Below are positions 38,616-48,403 of a stretch of DNA of 64,000 nt, piece after piece (within the stretch, counting starts at the first letter, position 1; each line of letters begins with the position of its first letter). Under the pieces are notes generated by a model, which did not search any database, had not been told where the DNA came from, and saw nothing but the letters and a program-made list of their open reading frames with translations. The translations under genes were made by a program, and so were the position numbers. Source of the stretch: Treponemataceae bacterium. Its GTDB lineage: Bacteria; Spirochaetota; Spirochaetia; Treponematales; Rectinemataceae. The stretch covers positions 896,001 to 960,000 of the forward strand of contig CAXXVZ010000003.1 of NCBI GenBank assembly GCA_963678065.2. The letters are read 5' to 3'.

Positions 38616-39726
38616 GGGGCAGCTCCATGCCGAGATGTCTGTAGGCGGCGCTCGTCGCGACGCGGCCGCGCGGCGTGCGCGCTATCATGCCCGCCTGAAT
38701 GAGGTAGGGTTCGTAGAAGTCCTCGAGGCTGTCCACGCCCTCCCCGACGGTGATGGCGAGGGTTTCGGCGCCGACCGGCCCCCCCCCGTACTTCAAGATA
38801 ATGGCCTTCAATATTTCGCGGTCCAGGCGCTCGAAACCGAGCGGGTCCACCTCGAGGCGGGCGAGCCCCGCCTGCACGATGCGCTTCGTGACGATGGGGG
38901 AGCCTTCCACTTGGGCGAAGTCGCGCATGCGGCGCAGAAGGCGGTTCGCGATGCGCGGCGTGCCTCTGCTCGTGAGCGCGAGCAGCGCCGTCGCGTCCGG
39001 GTCCAGTTCGACGCCGAGGATGCCGGCGGAGCGTCGGATGACGAGCTCGAGTTCGGCGGGCTCGTAGTAGCTGAAGCGCATGCTGATGCCGAAGCGGCTC
39101 GCGAGGGGGGCCGAGACGGTGCCCGCCTTCGTCGTCGCCCCGACGAGGGTGAAGGGCGGAACCGGCACGCGGACCGTGCGGGCGGCTGGCCCCTGGCCGA
39201 TGACCCAGTCCAGTTCGAAATCCTCCATCGCGATGTAGAGCATCTCTTCTATGGCAGGTTTCAGCCGGTGGATCTCGTCGATGAAGAGGACGGAGCGCTC
39301 GCGCAGTGTCGTGAGGATTCCCGCGACATCCTTGGGCTTGTCGAGGGCGGGCGCGCTCGTCGGCTTGAAATCGACGCCGAGTTCCGTCGCGACGACGAGG
39401 GCGAGAGTTGTCTTGCCGAGTCCCGGAGGCCCCATCAGGAAGACATGGTCGAGGGCTTCCCCGCGCTCCCGCGCGGCCCGTATGAAGAGGCTCAGATTCT
39501 CCTTGATCCGGGTCTGGCCCTGGAACTCCGAGAGGACGTGGGGCCGGAGGGTGTTCTCCCTGCCGTCCTCGGCGGGGTCATACGAGGGATCCATCGGAGT
39601 CAGATGCGTGATCGCGGCCTTATCGGGAACTGCGATCTCATGCGGGATACCGGACCCGATCCTGTCACCATACTCCGCGATCTCTCCCGGCTGACTGGCC
39701 GCGCCTGTTTTTTTCCGTGCCGCCAT
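38590..39726 (-). CDS. ruvB: Holliday junction helicase RuvB
   Basis: [30 protein letters not shown] and RTPRGR motifs. Confidence 0.97.
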   Translation of the reverse strand: MAARKKTGAASQPGEIAEYGDRIGSGIPHEIAVPDKAAITHLTPMDPSYDPAEDGRENTLRPHVLSEFQGQTRIKENLSLFIRAARERGEALDHVFLMGPPGLGKTTLALVVATELGVDFKPTSAPALDKPKDVAGILTTLRERSVLFIDEIHRLKPAIEEMLYIAMEDFELDWVIGQGPAARTVRVPVPPFTLVGATTKAGTVSAPLASRFGISMRFSYYEPAELELVIRRSAGILGVELDPDATALLALTSRGTPRIANRLLRRMRDFAQVEGSPIVTKRIVQAGLARLEVDPLGFERLDREILKAIILKYGGGPVGAETLAITVGEGVDSLEDFYEPYLIQAGMIARTPRGRVATSAAYRHLGMELPREDGRFQF

Positions 39727-39729
39727 GGA

Positions 39730-40338
39730 TCAACCTCCCGCGGAGAGCTCGATGAGGGCTCTCCGGAAAATCTCGCGCTCGCGGTCGGGTCCGGGCGGGA
39801 TTTCGCCCGCGTGGCTGCGGACAGATTTTTCCGCGGCGGGCCTGGCGAAACCCATGTCGACGAGGGCGCGGATGACATCCGACCACTCTCCCCCGCCTGA
39901 GCCCGCGGAATGCAGGGTCCTGACCGAATCCTCGACCCGGACGAGCTTGCCCTTGAGCGCGAGCAGCATCTTCTGGGCCACCTTGGGACCGACGCCAGGG
40001 ATGCGCATCAGCGTGGCGAGGTCGCTGTCGTCCAGGGCGCGGACCAAGGACTCGGAGCGGATGCCCGAGACGATGCGCATGGCCTGTTTGGGGCCTATCC
40101 CCTCGACCTTCATGAGCTCGAGGAAGACGGTCCTGTCCTCGACGTTGGAGAAACCGAAGAGGCGCATCCCGTCCTCGTAGTGGTGAAGCCAGGTGTAGAC
40201 CTTGGTCTGTGCGTCGAGGAAGCCGAAGTCGTCGAGCGAGCGGGTGGGGACGGTTATTTCCCACTCCACTCCTCCCGTGTCGACGCAGACGGAATCGGGC
40301 CGCTTCTCGGAAAGCCTGCCGGAAATGCTGTTGAACAT
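39730..40338 (-). CDS. ruvA: Holliday junction binding protein RuvA
   Basis: LFGF, VEGIGPK, IPGVGPKVA and ALVDMGF motifs. Confidence 0.96.
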   Translation of the reverse strand: MFNSISGRLSEKRPDSVCVDTGGVEWEITVPTRSLDDFGFLDAQTKVYTWLHHYEDGMRLFGFSNVEDRTVFLELMKVEGIGPKQAMRIVSGIRSESLVRALDDSDLATLMRIPGVGPKVAQKMLLALKGKLVRVEDSVRTLHSAGSGGGEWSDVIRALVDMGFARPAAEKSVRSHAGEIPPGPDREREIFRRALIELSAGG

Positions 40339-40471
40339 GGTTTTTGCAGTATAGCAGAAGCGCAGGGGGAGGTCTGCCCTGCCCTTCTTGTCGTGTTTTA
40401 TTTATGAGGCACCGCGCCCTGCGCGGAATTTTGCTCCCGGAATCCGGATCACAGACGCTTAGGGCGGCCAG

Positions 40472-41008
40472 TTAAGGCTTGAGCCTCGACAGGGCGCCCT
40501 CGTTGTGCCAGCGGCAGATCGCGGCGGCGAGGGCATCGGCGGCGTGGTCAGGTTTCGGGACCTCCGGCAGTCCGAGGAGGATGCGCACCATCTCCTGCAC
40601 TTGAGCCTTATCGGCGCGGGCCGAGCCGGTGACGGCCTGCTTGATCGCGGTCGGGGAGAGGTCGGCGAGGGGAACGCCGGCCATGGCGAAGGCGAGGCGG
40701 ATGACGCCGCGGGCCTCGGCCACGGGGAGGGCGGAGGTGACGTTGCGGAAGAAGAACAGCGATTCCATGCCGCCGAAAGTTGGCTGCCAGATCCCGATGA
40801 GATCCCTCACCCTGTCGTGGATGTCGCTGAGCCTGTCGGCGAGGGGGCTGTCGGAAGGGGTCGTGAAGCAGCCGTATTCGAGGAGTTTCATGCTTGTGCC
40901 CGCGACATCGATGAGTCCGTAGCCGATGGAGGCGAGGCCGGGGTCTATCCCGATGACGCGAAGGGCCGGACCGCCTCTCGGCTGTCCGGCCCCAGGTTGC
41001 GCTTTCAC
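40472..41008 (-). CDS. ruvC: Crossover junction endodeoxyribonuclease RuvC
   Basis: IGIDPG, ESLFF, AEARGV, KAQVQEMV and DHAADALA motifs. Probable GTG start at 41008. Confidence 0.95.
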   Translation of the reverse strand: MKAQPGAGQPRGGPALRVIGIDPGLASIGYGLIDVAGTSMKLLEYGCFTTPSDSPLADRLSDIHDRVRDLIGIWQPTFGGMESLFFFRNVTSALPVAEARGVIRLAFAMAGVPLADLSPTAIKQAVTGSARADKAQVQEMVRILLGLPEVPKPDHAADALAAAICRWHNEGALSRLKP

Positions 41009-41027
41009 GCTTCGGTCCGCCGCAGTA

Positions 41028-41765
<738 letters not shown>

Positions 41766-41797
41766 ACGAGCTCCTTGTGGCTGTGCGTTGACGGTCG

Positions 41798-41827
41798 AAG
41801 ATACCATACGACAAGAAAATGTGTCAA
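41798..41827 (-). promoter_or_regulatory. sigma70 promoter for yebC-ruvC
   Basis: Minus strand TTGACA-N18-TATCTT with a TG extension. Confidence 0.6.
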
Positions 41828-41954
41828 CCGACAAGTAATTTTACACCGCCTGGCGGCCGCTGCCCAGCGGGGCCGCACGGGCCGGCGTCGGCCTGGGGCA
41901 GATGGCGGCAGGCTTCGACCTTTCCGGCCGCGACACCGCCCTGACCGGCGGAAT

Positions 41955-44468
41955 CTATTTCAGACGGACAACAGTCTTGCCGTAGCCTCCTTCCTCCGGA
42001 CGGGCGAAGTGGTAATCGGCGACAGCGGGATTCCCCCTTAAGTAATCCTGGACTCCGCGACCGAGGATGCCCTCTCCCGTGCCATGTATTATGGAAAAGA
42101 GCGAGAGGTTCTGGAGGGCTGCCGCGTCGATCTGGCGCTCGACCGAGACGAGGGCTTCCGCGAGCCGCATGCCGCGCAAGTCGAGTTCGAATACGGCAGC
42201 GACGCTTCCTCCCTCCCCGCGCGGGGCGAGCTCGACATGGTAGAGGGTTGTGACGGCTTCCCCCTCGCCGCGGAAGACAAGCTCCGACTCGGAAACCGTG
42301 AGTCGGAGTGAATCGGTTTCGACGAGCCAGAAGCCCTTTTTGGCTTTGCGCAGGATGCTGCCCGTTTTGCGGCCCGCGCCGATCCAGACCGGATCGCCGG
42401 GCGCGAAATCGCGCTTTCCCCGTCCATCCTCCGCCCCGGATCGCCATCCGCCCGGTCCTGCCCTTCCTGCATCGTCGCCGCCTGGACCTTCCGTGCCGCC
42501 CGTCCCTTCCTTCCTCCCGCCTCCGGCACTCAGCTCTTCGACGCGCCTTTTCTCCTCCACGAGGACGCTTTTCCCCTCCTCGAGCCGCTCGGCCTCGACA
42601 TCCACGGCCACGGCCAGTTCTGAGAGGAATTCCTTGACCGCCTTGGTTTTTTCCGAGTTGAGGCTGCCTTCGCGCACCTCGCGGACGAGGTTTTCGAGGG
42701 TCTTCCTGCTCTCGGAGAGAAGCCTTTTAAGATCCCCGACTCCTCTCGAGCGGAGTTCGAGTTCCTGCTGCTTGTTCCGCAAAGCAGCGAGGTCGGCCTT
42801 CCGCTGGTCGGCCATGGCCTCCCTGAGACGCCTCCGCCGTTCCGTTTCCATATCTTCGAGCTTGCGGTGCTTCTCGTTCAGGCTGCGGATGAGTTCCGAG
42901 ACGTCCGTCCTCTCGTCGGAGAGATAGCGGGCCGCCCCTTCCACGATGCCGGAGGGAAGCCCGTTCTTTACGGCTATGTCGAGGGCCCTCGACTCGCCCG
43001 GCACGCCCATGAGGATGCGGTACGTCGGCGAAAGGCTCGTCCTGTCGAAATCCATGGACGCGTTGAGACAGTTCTCGCGCGAGTAGCCGTAGTTCTTGAG
43101 AATGCCGTGATGGGTGGTCAGAATGGTGAGGCAGTCCGTCCCGATGAAAAAATCGAGAAGGCTCATAGCCATCGCGCAGCCCTCTTCGGGGTCGGTCCCC
43201 GATCCAAGTTCGTCGAGGAGGACGAGACTCCGCGCCGTCGCCTCGACGACGATGCCGCCGATGACGCGCATATGGCCTGAAAAGGTGGACAGGGACTGGT
43301 CTATCGACTGTTCGTCGCCGATGTCCGCAAAGATCGAGTCAAAAACCGCGAAGCCGGTCTCGGGGCTCCCGGGCAGGCCGAGGCCGAACTGATTCATGAG
43401 GGCGAAGAGTCCTATCGTCTTGAGGGTCACGGTCTTTCCGCCGGTGTTGGGCCCCGTGATGACGAGGGTCCGGGTATCCTCCGGCAGTTCGACGTCGATG
43501 GGCACGGCCCGGACACCGAGGAAGGGGTGGCGCGCGCCCTTGAGGTGGAAGCCCGTCTCCCGCTCGCAGGCGAGGACGAGCCCGCCATTTTTGGCGTGCC
43601 TCGCCCGGGCGAAGATCCCGTCCAGGGCGGCCATGACCGAGAGCGCCACACTGAGAGCAGGCGCGTGCCGGGCCAGGTTCTCTGTCGTTTCGCGGAGCAC
43701 GCGCCTCACTTCGGCCAGATAGCGCGCCTCCTCCTCGACGAGGGCGTTGTTCTTCTCGACAAGATCGGCCGGCTCGATGAAGACCGTCTGCCCCGTGGCC
43801 GAAACCTCGTGCACGATGCCCTTGATCCTGCCCTTGAAGTTGGCCCTGAGGGCGAGCACCGTCCGCCCGTCGCGGATCGTCGGCTCTCCCGACTGCAGCA
43901 TCGACCGGATCTCCGGATCGCGAAAATAGGTGCCCGCGAGAGCGTTTATATCGCGAACTGTCCGCGCTATCCGCTCGCGCGCCTCCCTGATGCCGGGCAG
44001 GTCCTTGAGCTCTCCGTCCTTCGTCAGGATTTTGAACACGACGGCGACGGCCTCGTCCAGGGCAGGCGCCGCCGCGAGCGACGGAACGACCGGCCCCGCC
44101 TTTTCCGGAGTCCTCTCCTGGGCCGGCACGAGTCCGAGGCAGGCACGCAGGAAGGCGACAAAAGAGCCGAAGCTCTTCGCCCAGGTCCCGACAGCGTACA
44201 GTTCGTCGAGCTCCAGCGTTACGCCGGGCTTCGCGAGCATCGCGACAGACTTCTCCACAGGGGGGAAAGAGAAGGAAGGAGTGCCGAGTTCACGTAAACC
44301 GCCGAGCAGCATGCCGACAGAGCTCTTGAGGTCCCGTACCGCGACAGGGTCCGTCAGCGGAAGGTCGTCGAGAACAGCTTGACGGCCCTCATCGGAGATG
44401 CAGTAACCCGCGACAGATTCGCGGATGCGGCCGAATTCGAGAAGCGCAAGCGTATGTTCATTCGTCAT
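41955..44468 (-). CDS. mutS2: MutS2 family protein with Smr domain
   Basis: ITGPNTGGKT, DIGDEQSIDQSLSTFS, DELGSGTDP and Smr IIHGTGEG motifs. Confidence 0.96.
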   Translation of the reverse strand: MTNEHTLALLEFGRIRESVAGYCISDEGRQAVLDDLPLTDPVAVRDLKSSVGMLLGGLRELGTPSFSFPPVEKSVAMLAKPGVTLELDELYAVGTWAKSFGSFVAFLRACLGLVPAQERTPEKAGPVVPSLAAAPALDEAVAVVFKILTKDGELKDLPGIREARERIARTVRDINALAGTYFRDPEIRSMLQSGEPTIRDGRTVLALRANFKGRIKGIVHEVSATGQTVFIEPADLVEKNNALVEEEARYLAEVRRVLRETTENLARHAPALSVALSVMAALDGIFARARHAKNGGLVLACERETGFHLKGARHPFLGVRAVPIDVELPEDTRTLVITGPNTGGKTVTLKTIGLFALMNQFGLGLPGSPETGFAVFDSIFADIGDEQSIDQSLSTFSGHMRVIGGIVVEATARSLVLLDELGSGTDPEEGCAMAMSLLDFFIGTDCLTILTTHHGILKNYGYSRENCLNASMDFDRTSLSPTYRILMGVPGESRALDIAVKNGLPSGIVEGAARYLSDERTDVSELIRSLNEKHRKLEDMETERRRRLREAMADQRKADLAALRNKQQELELRSRGVGDLKRLLSESRKTLENLVREVREGSLNSEKTKAVKEFLSELAVAVDVEAERLEEGKSVLVEEKRRVEELSAGGGRKEGTGGTEGPGGDDAGRAGPGGWRSGAEDGRGKRDFAPGDPVWIGAGRKTGSILRKAKKGFWLVETDSLRLTVSESELVFRGEGEAVTTLYHVELAPRGEGGSVAAVFELDLRGMRLAEALVSVERQIDAAALQNLSLFSIIHGTGEGILGRGVQDYLRGNPAVADYHFARPEEGGYGKTVVRLK

Positions 44469-45492
44469 CGTCAAATATCCCTCGCATGGAAGACCTGGCC
44501 CCCGTCCCGCCGCCCGGCCGGCGCGGGCCGGATCGTCCCTTCCTTCCGGGGTCGCGGTTGCCTGATCGCTTGTATCCTGTCGCCGATTCCAGCTCGGCGC
44601 GGATTCTGAGATAGCTTTCGTACCTGTCGTAGTGGATTTCGTCCGACTCCACGGCCTGGACTATGCGGCAGCCCTCCTCGTCCTCGTGGGTACAGGAGAG
44701 GCCGAAGCCGCACAGAGGCGCCAGCTTCGCCAGCTCGGGGAAGTAGGCCACGAGACTGTCGGGCTCGATCCCGCGCAGAGCCAGTCTCCTGACTCCCGGC
44801 GTGTCGATGATCTTCGTCCCCCCGGCACCGAGAGGATAGAGCCGCGCCATGGTCGTCGTGTGCTTTCCGCGCTCGAACTTCTCGGAAACTTCGCCCGTCA
44901 TCCTCTCGATAGAAGGATCGAGGCGGTTGAGCAGGCTCGATTTGCCGACGCCCGACTGGCCGGTGAAGACTGAAATCAAGCCTTCCACGCGCCCGCGCAG
45001 CTCCTCGATGCCCTCGCCCGCGGCCGCGGAGACCAGAATCGTGTCGTAGCCGAGCTTGCGGTACTCGTCGAGCCTCTCCACGACTTCTTCCTCGACCCCG
45101 AGATCGGTCTTGTTGAGGACGATGAGGAGTGGAACGTGGGCGGCTTCGGCCAGGACGGCGACGCGGTCCACAAAGCGTGGCCGGAAAGGAGGCAGTTTCG
45201 GGGAGCTGACACAGACGACGAGGTCGATGTTGGCCGCTATGGCTTGGGCGGACCTCCCCTTCTCGTTGAACCGGCCGTAGACATTGCGCCTCGGCAGCAT
45301 CGAGAGGATCATCCCCCTGTCCGCACGGTCCGGGTCAGGCTCGAGCTCGACAAAATCTCCCGCCGCGAGCGAGTTGTAGGTGCCCGAAAGATCTTTTATC
45401 CTCTTGCCCTTGATGCCGCAGAGGCGGAGAGACCCGTCCTCGCAGTCGAGGGTGAAGAGGTTGTTCGTGCCTGAGAGGACAAGAGCTTTCAT
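44458..45492 (-). CDS. rsgA: Ribosome small subunit-dependent GTPase A
   Basis: NKTD, GQSGVGKSSL, GKHTTT, DTPG and CGFGLSCTHEDEEGC Zn motif. Start moved to ATG 45492 because TGnTATAAT overlaps the listed GTG. Confidence 0.95.
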   Translation of the reverse strand: MKALVLSGTNNLFTLDCEDGSLRLCGIKGKRIKDLSGTYNSLAAGDFVELEPDPDRADRGMILSMLPRRNVYGRFNEKGRSAQAIAANIDLVVCVSSPKLPPFRPRFVDRVAVLAEAAHVPLLIVLNKTDLGVEEEVVERLDEYRKLGYDTILVSAAAGEGIEELRGRVEGLISVFTGQSGVGKSSLLNRLDPSIERMTGEVSEKFERGKHTTTMARLYPLGAGGTKIIDTPGVRRLALRGIEPDSLVAYFPELAKLAPLCGFGLSCTHEDEEGCRIVQAVESDEIHYDRYESYLRIRAELESATGYKRSGNRDPGRKGRSGPRRPGGGTGARSSMRGIFDDDE

Positions 45493-45582
45493 CCGATTGT
45501 CTACCTTATTATACACACGACAGCTGTCATATCGGCAAAATCCTTCCCGGAAGAAGCGCCTTGAACAGATCCAGGGGGCGCT

Positions 45583-46536
45583 TCAGGATCCGAGCAATTC
45601 CGGCCCGGAGAGTCCGAAACGCCGGGCCCACTCGGCGTAAGCCGCAGTATCGCCTGTTCTGCCCGAAAGGAGAAGAAGTCCGGAGGGACACACATCCGTC
45701 GCTCTGCGCCACTCCTGCGCGCGGCACTCTCCCTCCGCCTGAGTGGCGACGCGCGCCAGTCCCCGTTCGCGCAGGACCTGGACCAGCCTGTGTGCCACGC
45801 CCTCGCGGGAATCGACGGTCCTGGCTTCAGGATCGATTTCGCGCGCGAGGGCCTCGATGTCCGCGGCGACATGCAGGAAGTGCGTGCAGGCCAGGACTAT
45901 CCTGTCCGCGCCCGCTCCGACGAGGGCGGACACGTAGGGCGCGACAGCCGCCCTGCGTTCGGATACCCCGGCCGAAAGATAGTCGCGCTCGACGAATCCG
46001 ACAAGGTCCGGCGCGCCGGCGCGGAGGACGGCACATCCCGGGGCATACTTCTGGATGAGCTGGTCGAGGTAGGGATCCCTGACTGTCCTCAGTGTCGCGA
46101 GCACGGCAATCCTGTGTTTCAGGCTTGTCTCGGCGGCCGGCTTCACGGCCGGGACGGTCCCGATCACGGGCAGCCCCGGATGGGCCTGACGCACCGCGTG
46201 GAGGGCGATCTGCGAGGCGGTGTTGCAGGCGATGACGAGGGCCTTGGGGGCATGGAAACGGACGAGTCTCCCTACCCTGTCGAGGACGATCCGGCGTATC
46301 GTCCCCTCATCCTTCTCGCCGTAGGGGAAGCCCTCCGTGTCTGCGAGGTAGAGGAATGATTCCAGAGGTAAAAGTTCACGGACCCTTCTGAGGTAGGGAA
46401 GCCCACCGATGCCAGAGTCCATGAAGGCGATCGCGGCCTCGCGAGGGGCAGAACCGGATGCCTGCCCCGGATCGGCGCTCCCCTGTAGTCCGGAGCCCGA
46501 TTCCGAGCTACAGGGCGGTTCGAGAGTTTCCTCCAT
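45583..46536 (-). CDS. murI: Glutamate racemase
   Basis: DSGIGGL, PYGEK, IACNTAS and VLACTHF motifs. Confidence 0.95.
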   Translation of the reverse strand: MEETLEPPCSSESGSGLQGSADPGQASGSAPREAAIAFMDSGIGGLPYLRRVRELLPLESFLYLADTEGFPYGEKDEGTIRRIVLDRVGRLVRFHAPKALVIACNTASQIALHAVRQAHPGLPVIGTVPAVKPAAETSLKHRIAVLATLRTVRDPYLDQLIQKYAPGCAVLRAGAPDLVGFVERDYLSAGVSERRAAVAPYVSALVGAGADRIVLACTHFLHVAADIEALAREIDPEARTVDSREGVAHRLVQVLRERGLARVATQAEGECRAQEWRRATDVCPSGLLLLSGRTGDTAAYAEWARRFGLSGPELLGS

Positions 46537-46539
46537 GCT

Positions 46540-46836
46540 TCAGCCGCCGAAAAGGCGGTCAAATCCGCGTCGGGCATCTTCGGCCCCTGAACGGCGCGAA
46601 ACCTGTCCCGACCCATCGCTGAAAAGGATCGGATTCGTCCGGTAATGGTCGCAGTGATTCCTCCGGTCCTTGTCGACGACAGGGTCGTCTATCGTCTCCG
46701 CGCAATCCCAGCGCCGCCCCGGCGAGTAAAATACGCAATTGACGCAGGCGTGGAGATCCTTCCCGCACTCGGCGCAGACCTCGTTGAATCCTGTCGTGAC
46801 TCCCGTTTTCATGGCTTTGCCGCAATACGAACACAT
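46540..46836 (-). CDS. Small Cys-rich putative zinc-binding hypothetical protein
   Basis: CSYC, CAEC, HACVNC, C...NHC motifs; has its own promoter and sits 3 nt before murI. Confidence 0.8.
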   Translation of the reverse strand: MCSYCGKAMKTGVTTGFNEVCAECGKDLHACVNCVFYSPGRRWDCAETIDDPVVDKDRRNHCDHYRTNPILFSDGSGQVSRRSGAEDARRGFDRLFGG

Positions 46837-46842
46837 AGCCGG

Positions 46843-46871
46843 ATTCTAGACCCCGCGCGGAGCTTTTACAA
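46843..46871 (-). promoter_or_regulatory. sigma70 promoter, probably leaderless
   Basis: Minus strand TTGTAA-N17-TAGAAT-N6-ATG (46836). Confidence 0.65.
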
Positions 46872-46985
46872 TATGCTGAAGGTCCCGCGACTCACAGGCG
46901 CCCCGCCGCGGAAACGCGGGGGAAGGTTTCAGGAATGTCGCAGGAACGCTTGTCTGCGGAGCTTCCTCTCGTGTAGCTTGTATCC

Positions 46986-47585
46986 ATGTTCACGTTCTCA
47001 TCCTGTGCGGAACCCGGCTGCGGCAGGCAGGCCCTCTCCGACGCGACCCGCTGCTCCCTGCACCATCCGGCCCTCTTCGCCTACAGGGACGCGCTGGCCC
47101 TCCGGATCGCCGCAGAACGGAGCGTAAAAGACCTCTGCCTTTCGGGAACAACCTTCGAGGGCCTTGATTTTTCAGGGAAAAAATTCACCTGCTGTTCCTT
47201 CACGGGAGCCACGTTCCGGAACATGCTGTTCACGGGATCGGTGTTCCGCCTCTGCTTCTTTGACGGCGCATTCCTCGAGTCTTGCGATTTTTCCGGCATC
47301 GACGCCGAGTTCTGTTCCTTCGGCGACGCCGACATCGTCGACACGAGCTTCGAGAACTCCGAGCTGATTCACATCAATTTCGACGGAACCCGCGTGAAGG
47401 AGAGCACTTTCACGGGCTCCAACCTCTACGATTCCCGCTTCATCATGGCTGTGCTCGAGAATTCGAACTTCTCCAACTGCGACATGAAAAAAGTCTACTT
47501 CATCCCCGCGCGGATCGAGAATGTCTCCTTGAAAGCGTCCAACACCAATGAGGCCATCAGGGATATGGAGCACCTCTACCTATGA
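46986..47585 (+). CDS. Pentapeptide repeat protein with N-terminal Cys/His motif
   Basis: Five-residue periodicity (CSFTGATFRN, SNLYDSRFIM, SNFSNCDMKK); N-terminal CAEPGC...CSLH. Confidence 0.88.
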   Translation: MFTFSSCAEPGCGRQALSDATRCSLHHPALFAYRDALALRIAAERSVKDLCLSGTTFEGLDFSGKKFTCCSFTGATFRNMLFTGSVFRLCFFDGAFLESCDFSGIDAEFCSFGDADIVDTSFENSELIHINFDGTRVKESTFTGSNLYDSRFIMAVLENSNFSNCDMKKVYFIPARIENVSLKASNTNEAIRDMEHLYL

Positions 47586-48187
47586 AGCTCTTCCTCTATT
47601 ACTCGTTTTTCGGCTTCTCCAACACCTACTTTCTCGGAAACGACGAAACAGGCGAGTCCCTTCTCATCGACCCGGCCGAGATCACGACGACGATCATCAA
47701 CCAGATCGAGAACAAGGGCTACAACCTCAAGGCTGTCCTCATAACCCACAACCATCTCCACCACGTCAGGGGCATCAAGACTCTTCTGAAGATTTATCCG
47801 GTCGACATCTTCTCGGCCAATGCCCAGATCCTGGGGAACCCTTGCCATCCTCTCTCCGACAGCGAGATTTTCACCGCGGCCGGATTCAGGATCGAAGTCC
47901 TCTCCATGCCGGGGCACTCTCCCGATTCGATCGTCTACAAGATCGGATCGATGCTCTTCACGGGAGACGCCCTCCACGCCGGGCTCATCGGCAGAACTCT
48001 GAGTCCCTTCAATTCAGTCGCCCTCGCCGCGCGCCTTCGCAAGAAAATACTAGGCCAATCCGACGAAATGATGATTTTCCCTGGTCACGGACCGCCCTCC
48101 ACGGTCGGAACGGAGCGGAGATTCAATGTCGGCCTCGAACCCCAGTACGGAGAGCGGGTCTCGTCGCGCTACGATTTTTTCGTCTGA
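47582..48187 (+). CDS. MBL-fold metallo-hydrolase (glyoxalase II-like)
   Basis: THNHLHH (His where Asp is usual), PGHS, FTGDAL and FPGHG motifs. Confidence 0.9.
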   Translation: MKLFLYYSFFGFSNTYFLGNDETGESLLIDPAEITTTIINQIENKGYNLKAVLITHNHLHHVRGIKTLLKIYPVDIFSANAQILGNPCHPLSDSEIFTAAGFRIEVLSMPGHSPDSIVYKIGSMLFTGDALHAGLIGRTLSPFNSVALAARLRKKILGQSDEMMIFPGHGPPSTVGTERRFNVGLEPQYGERVSSRYDFFV

Positions 48188-48403
48188 GTAATCCGGCCCC
48201 TCCTTCCCTGTCCTCCCGCGGCGCCTCCGTGCCCGGCATCCGGTCCCTCATGAAAAGCCGCCCTTTCGCATTTTTTCACGACAGAATCTCCGACAATTAA
48301 TAATTTATGCAAGAAGAGGCCGAGGCATCGTGCTAGAAAGGATGCGAGAAAACTCCTGGTCGCCCTTTTCACCGGCCCCGGGAGCGTCATCCAGGAGGCG
48401 ACA

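Noticed and set aside
38779..38787. G9 homopolymer in ruvB as a phase-variation tract
   Set aside because: It encodes the conserved GGGPVG motif, the frame is intact, and such runs are expected at this GC content.
41840..41950. GC-rich intergenic stretch as a possible ncRNA or tRNA
   Set aside because: Only imperfect GC pairing, with no cloverleaf, T-loop or other recognisable motif.
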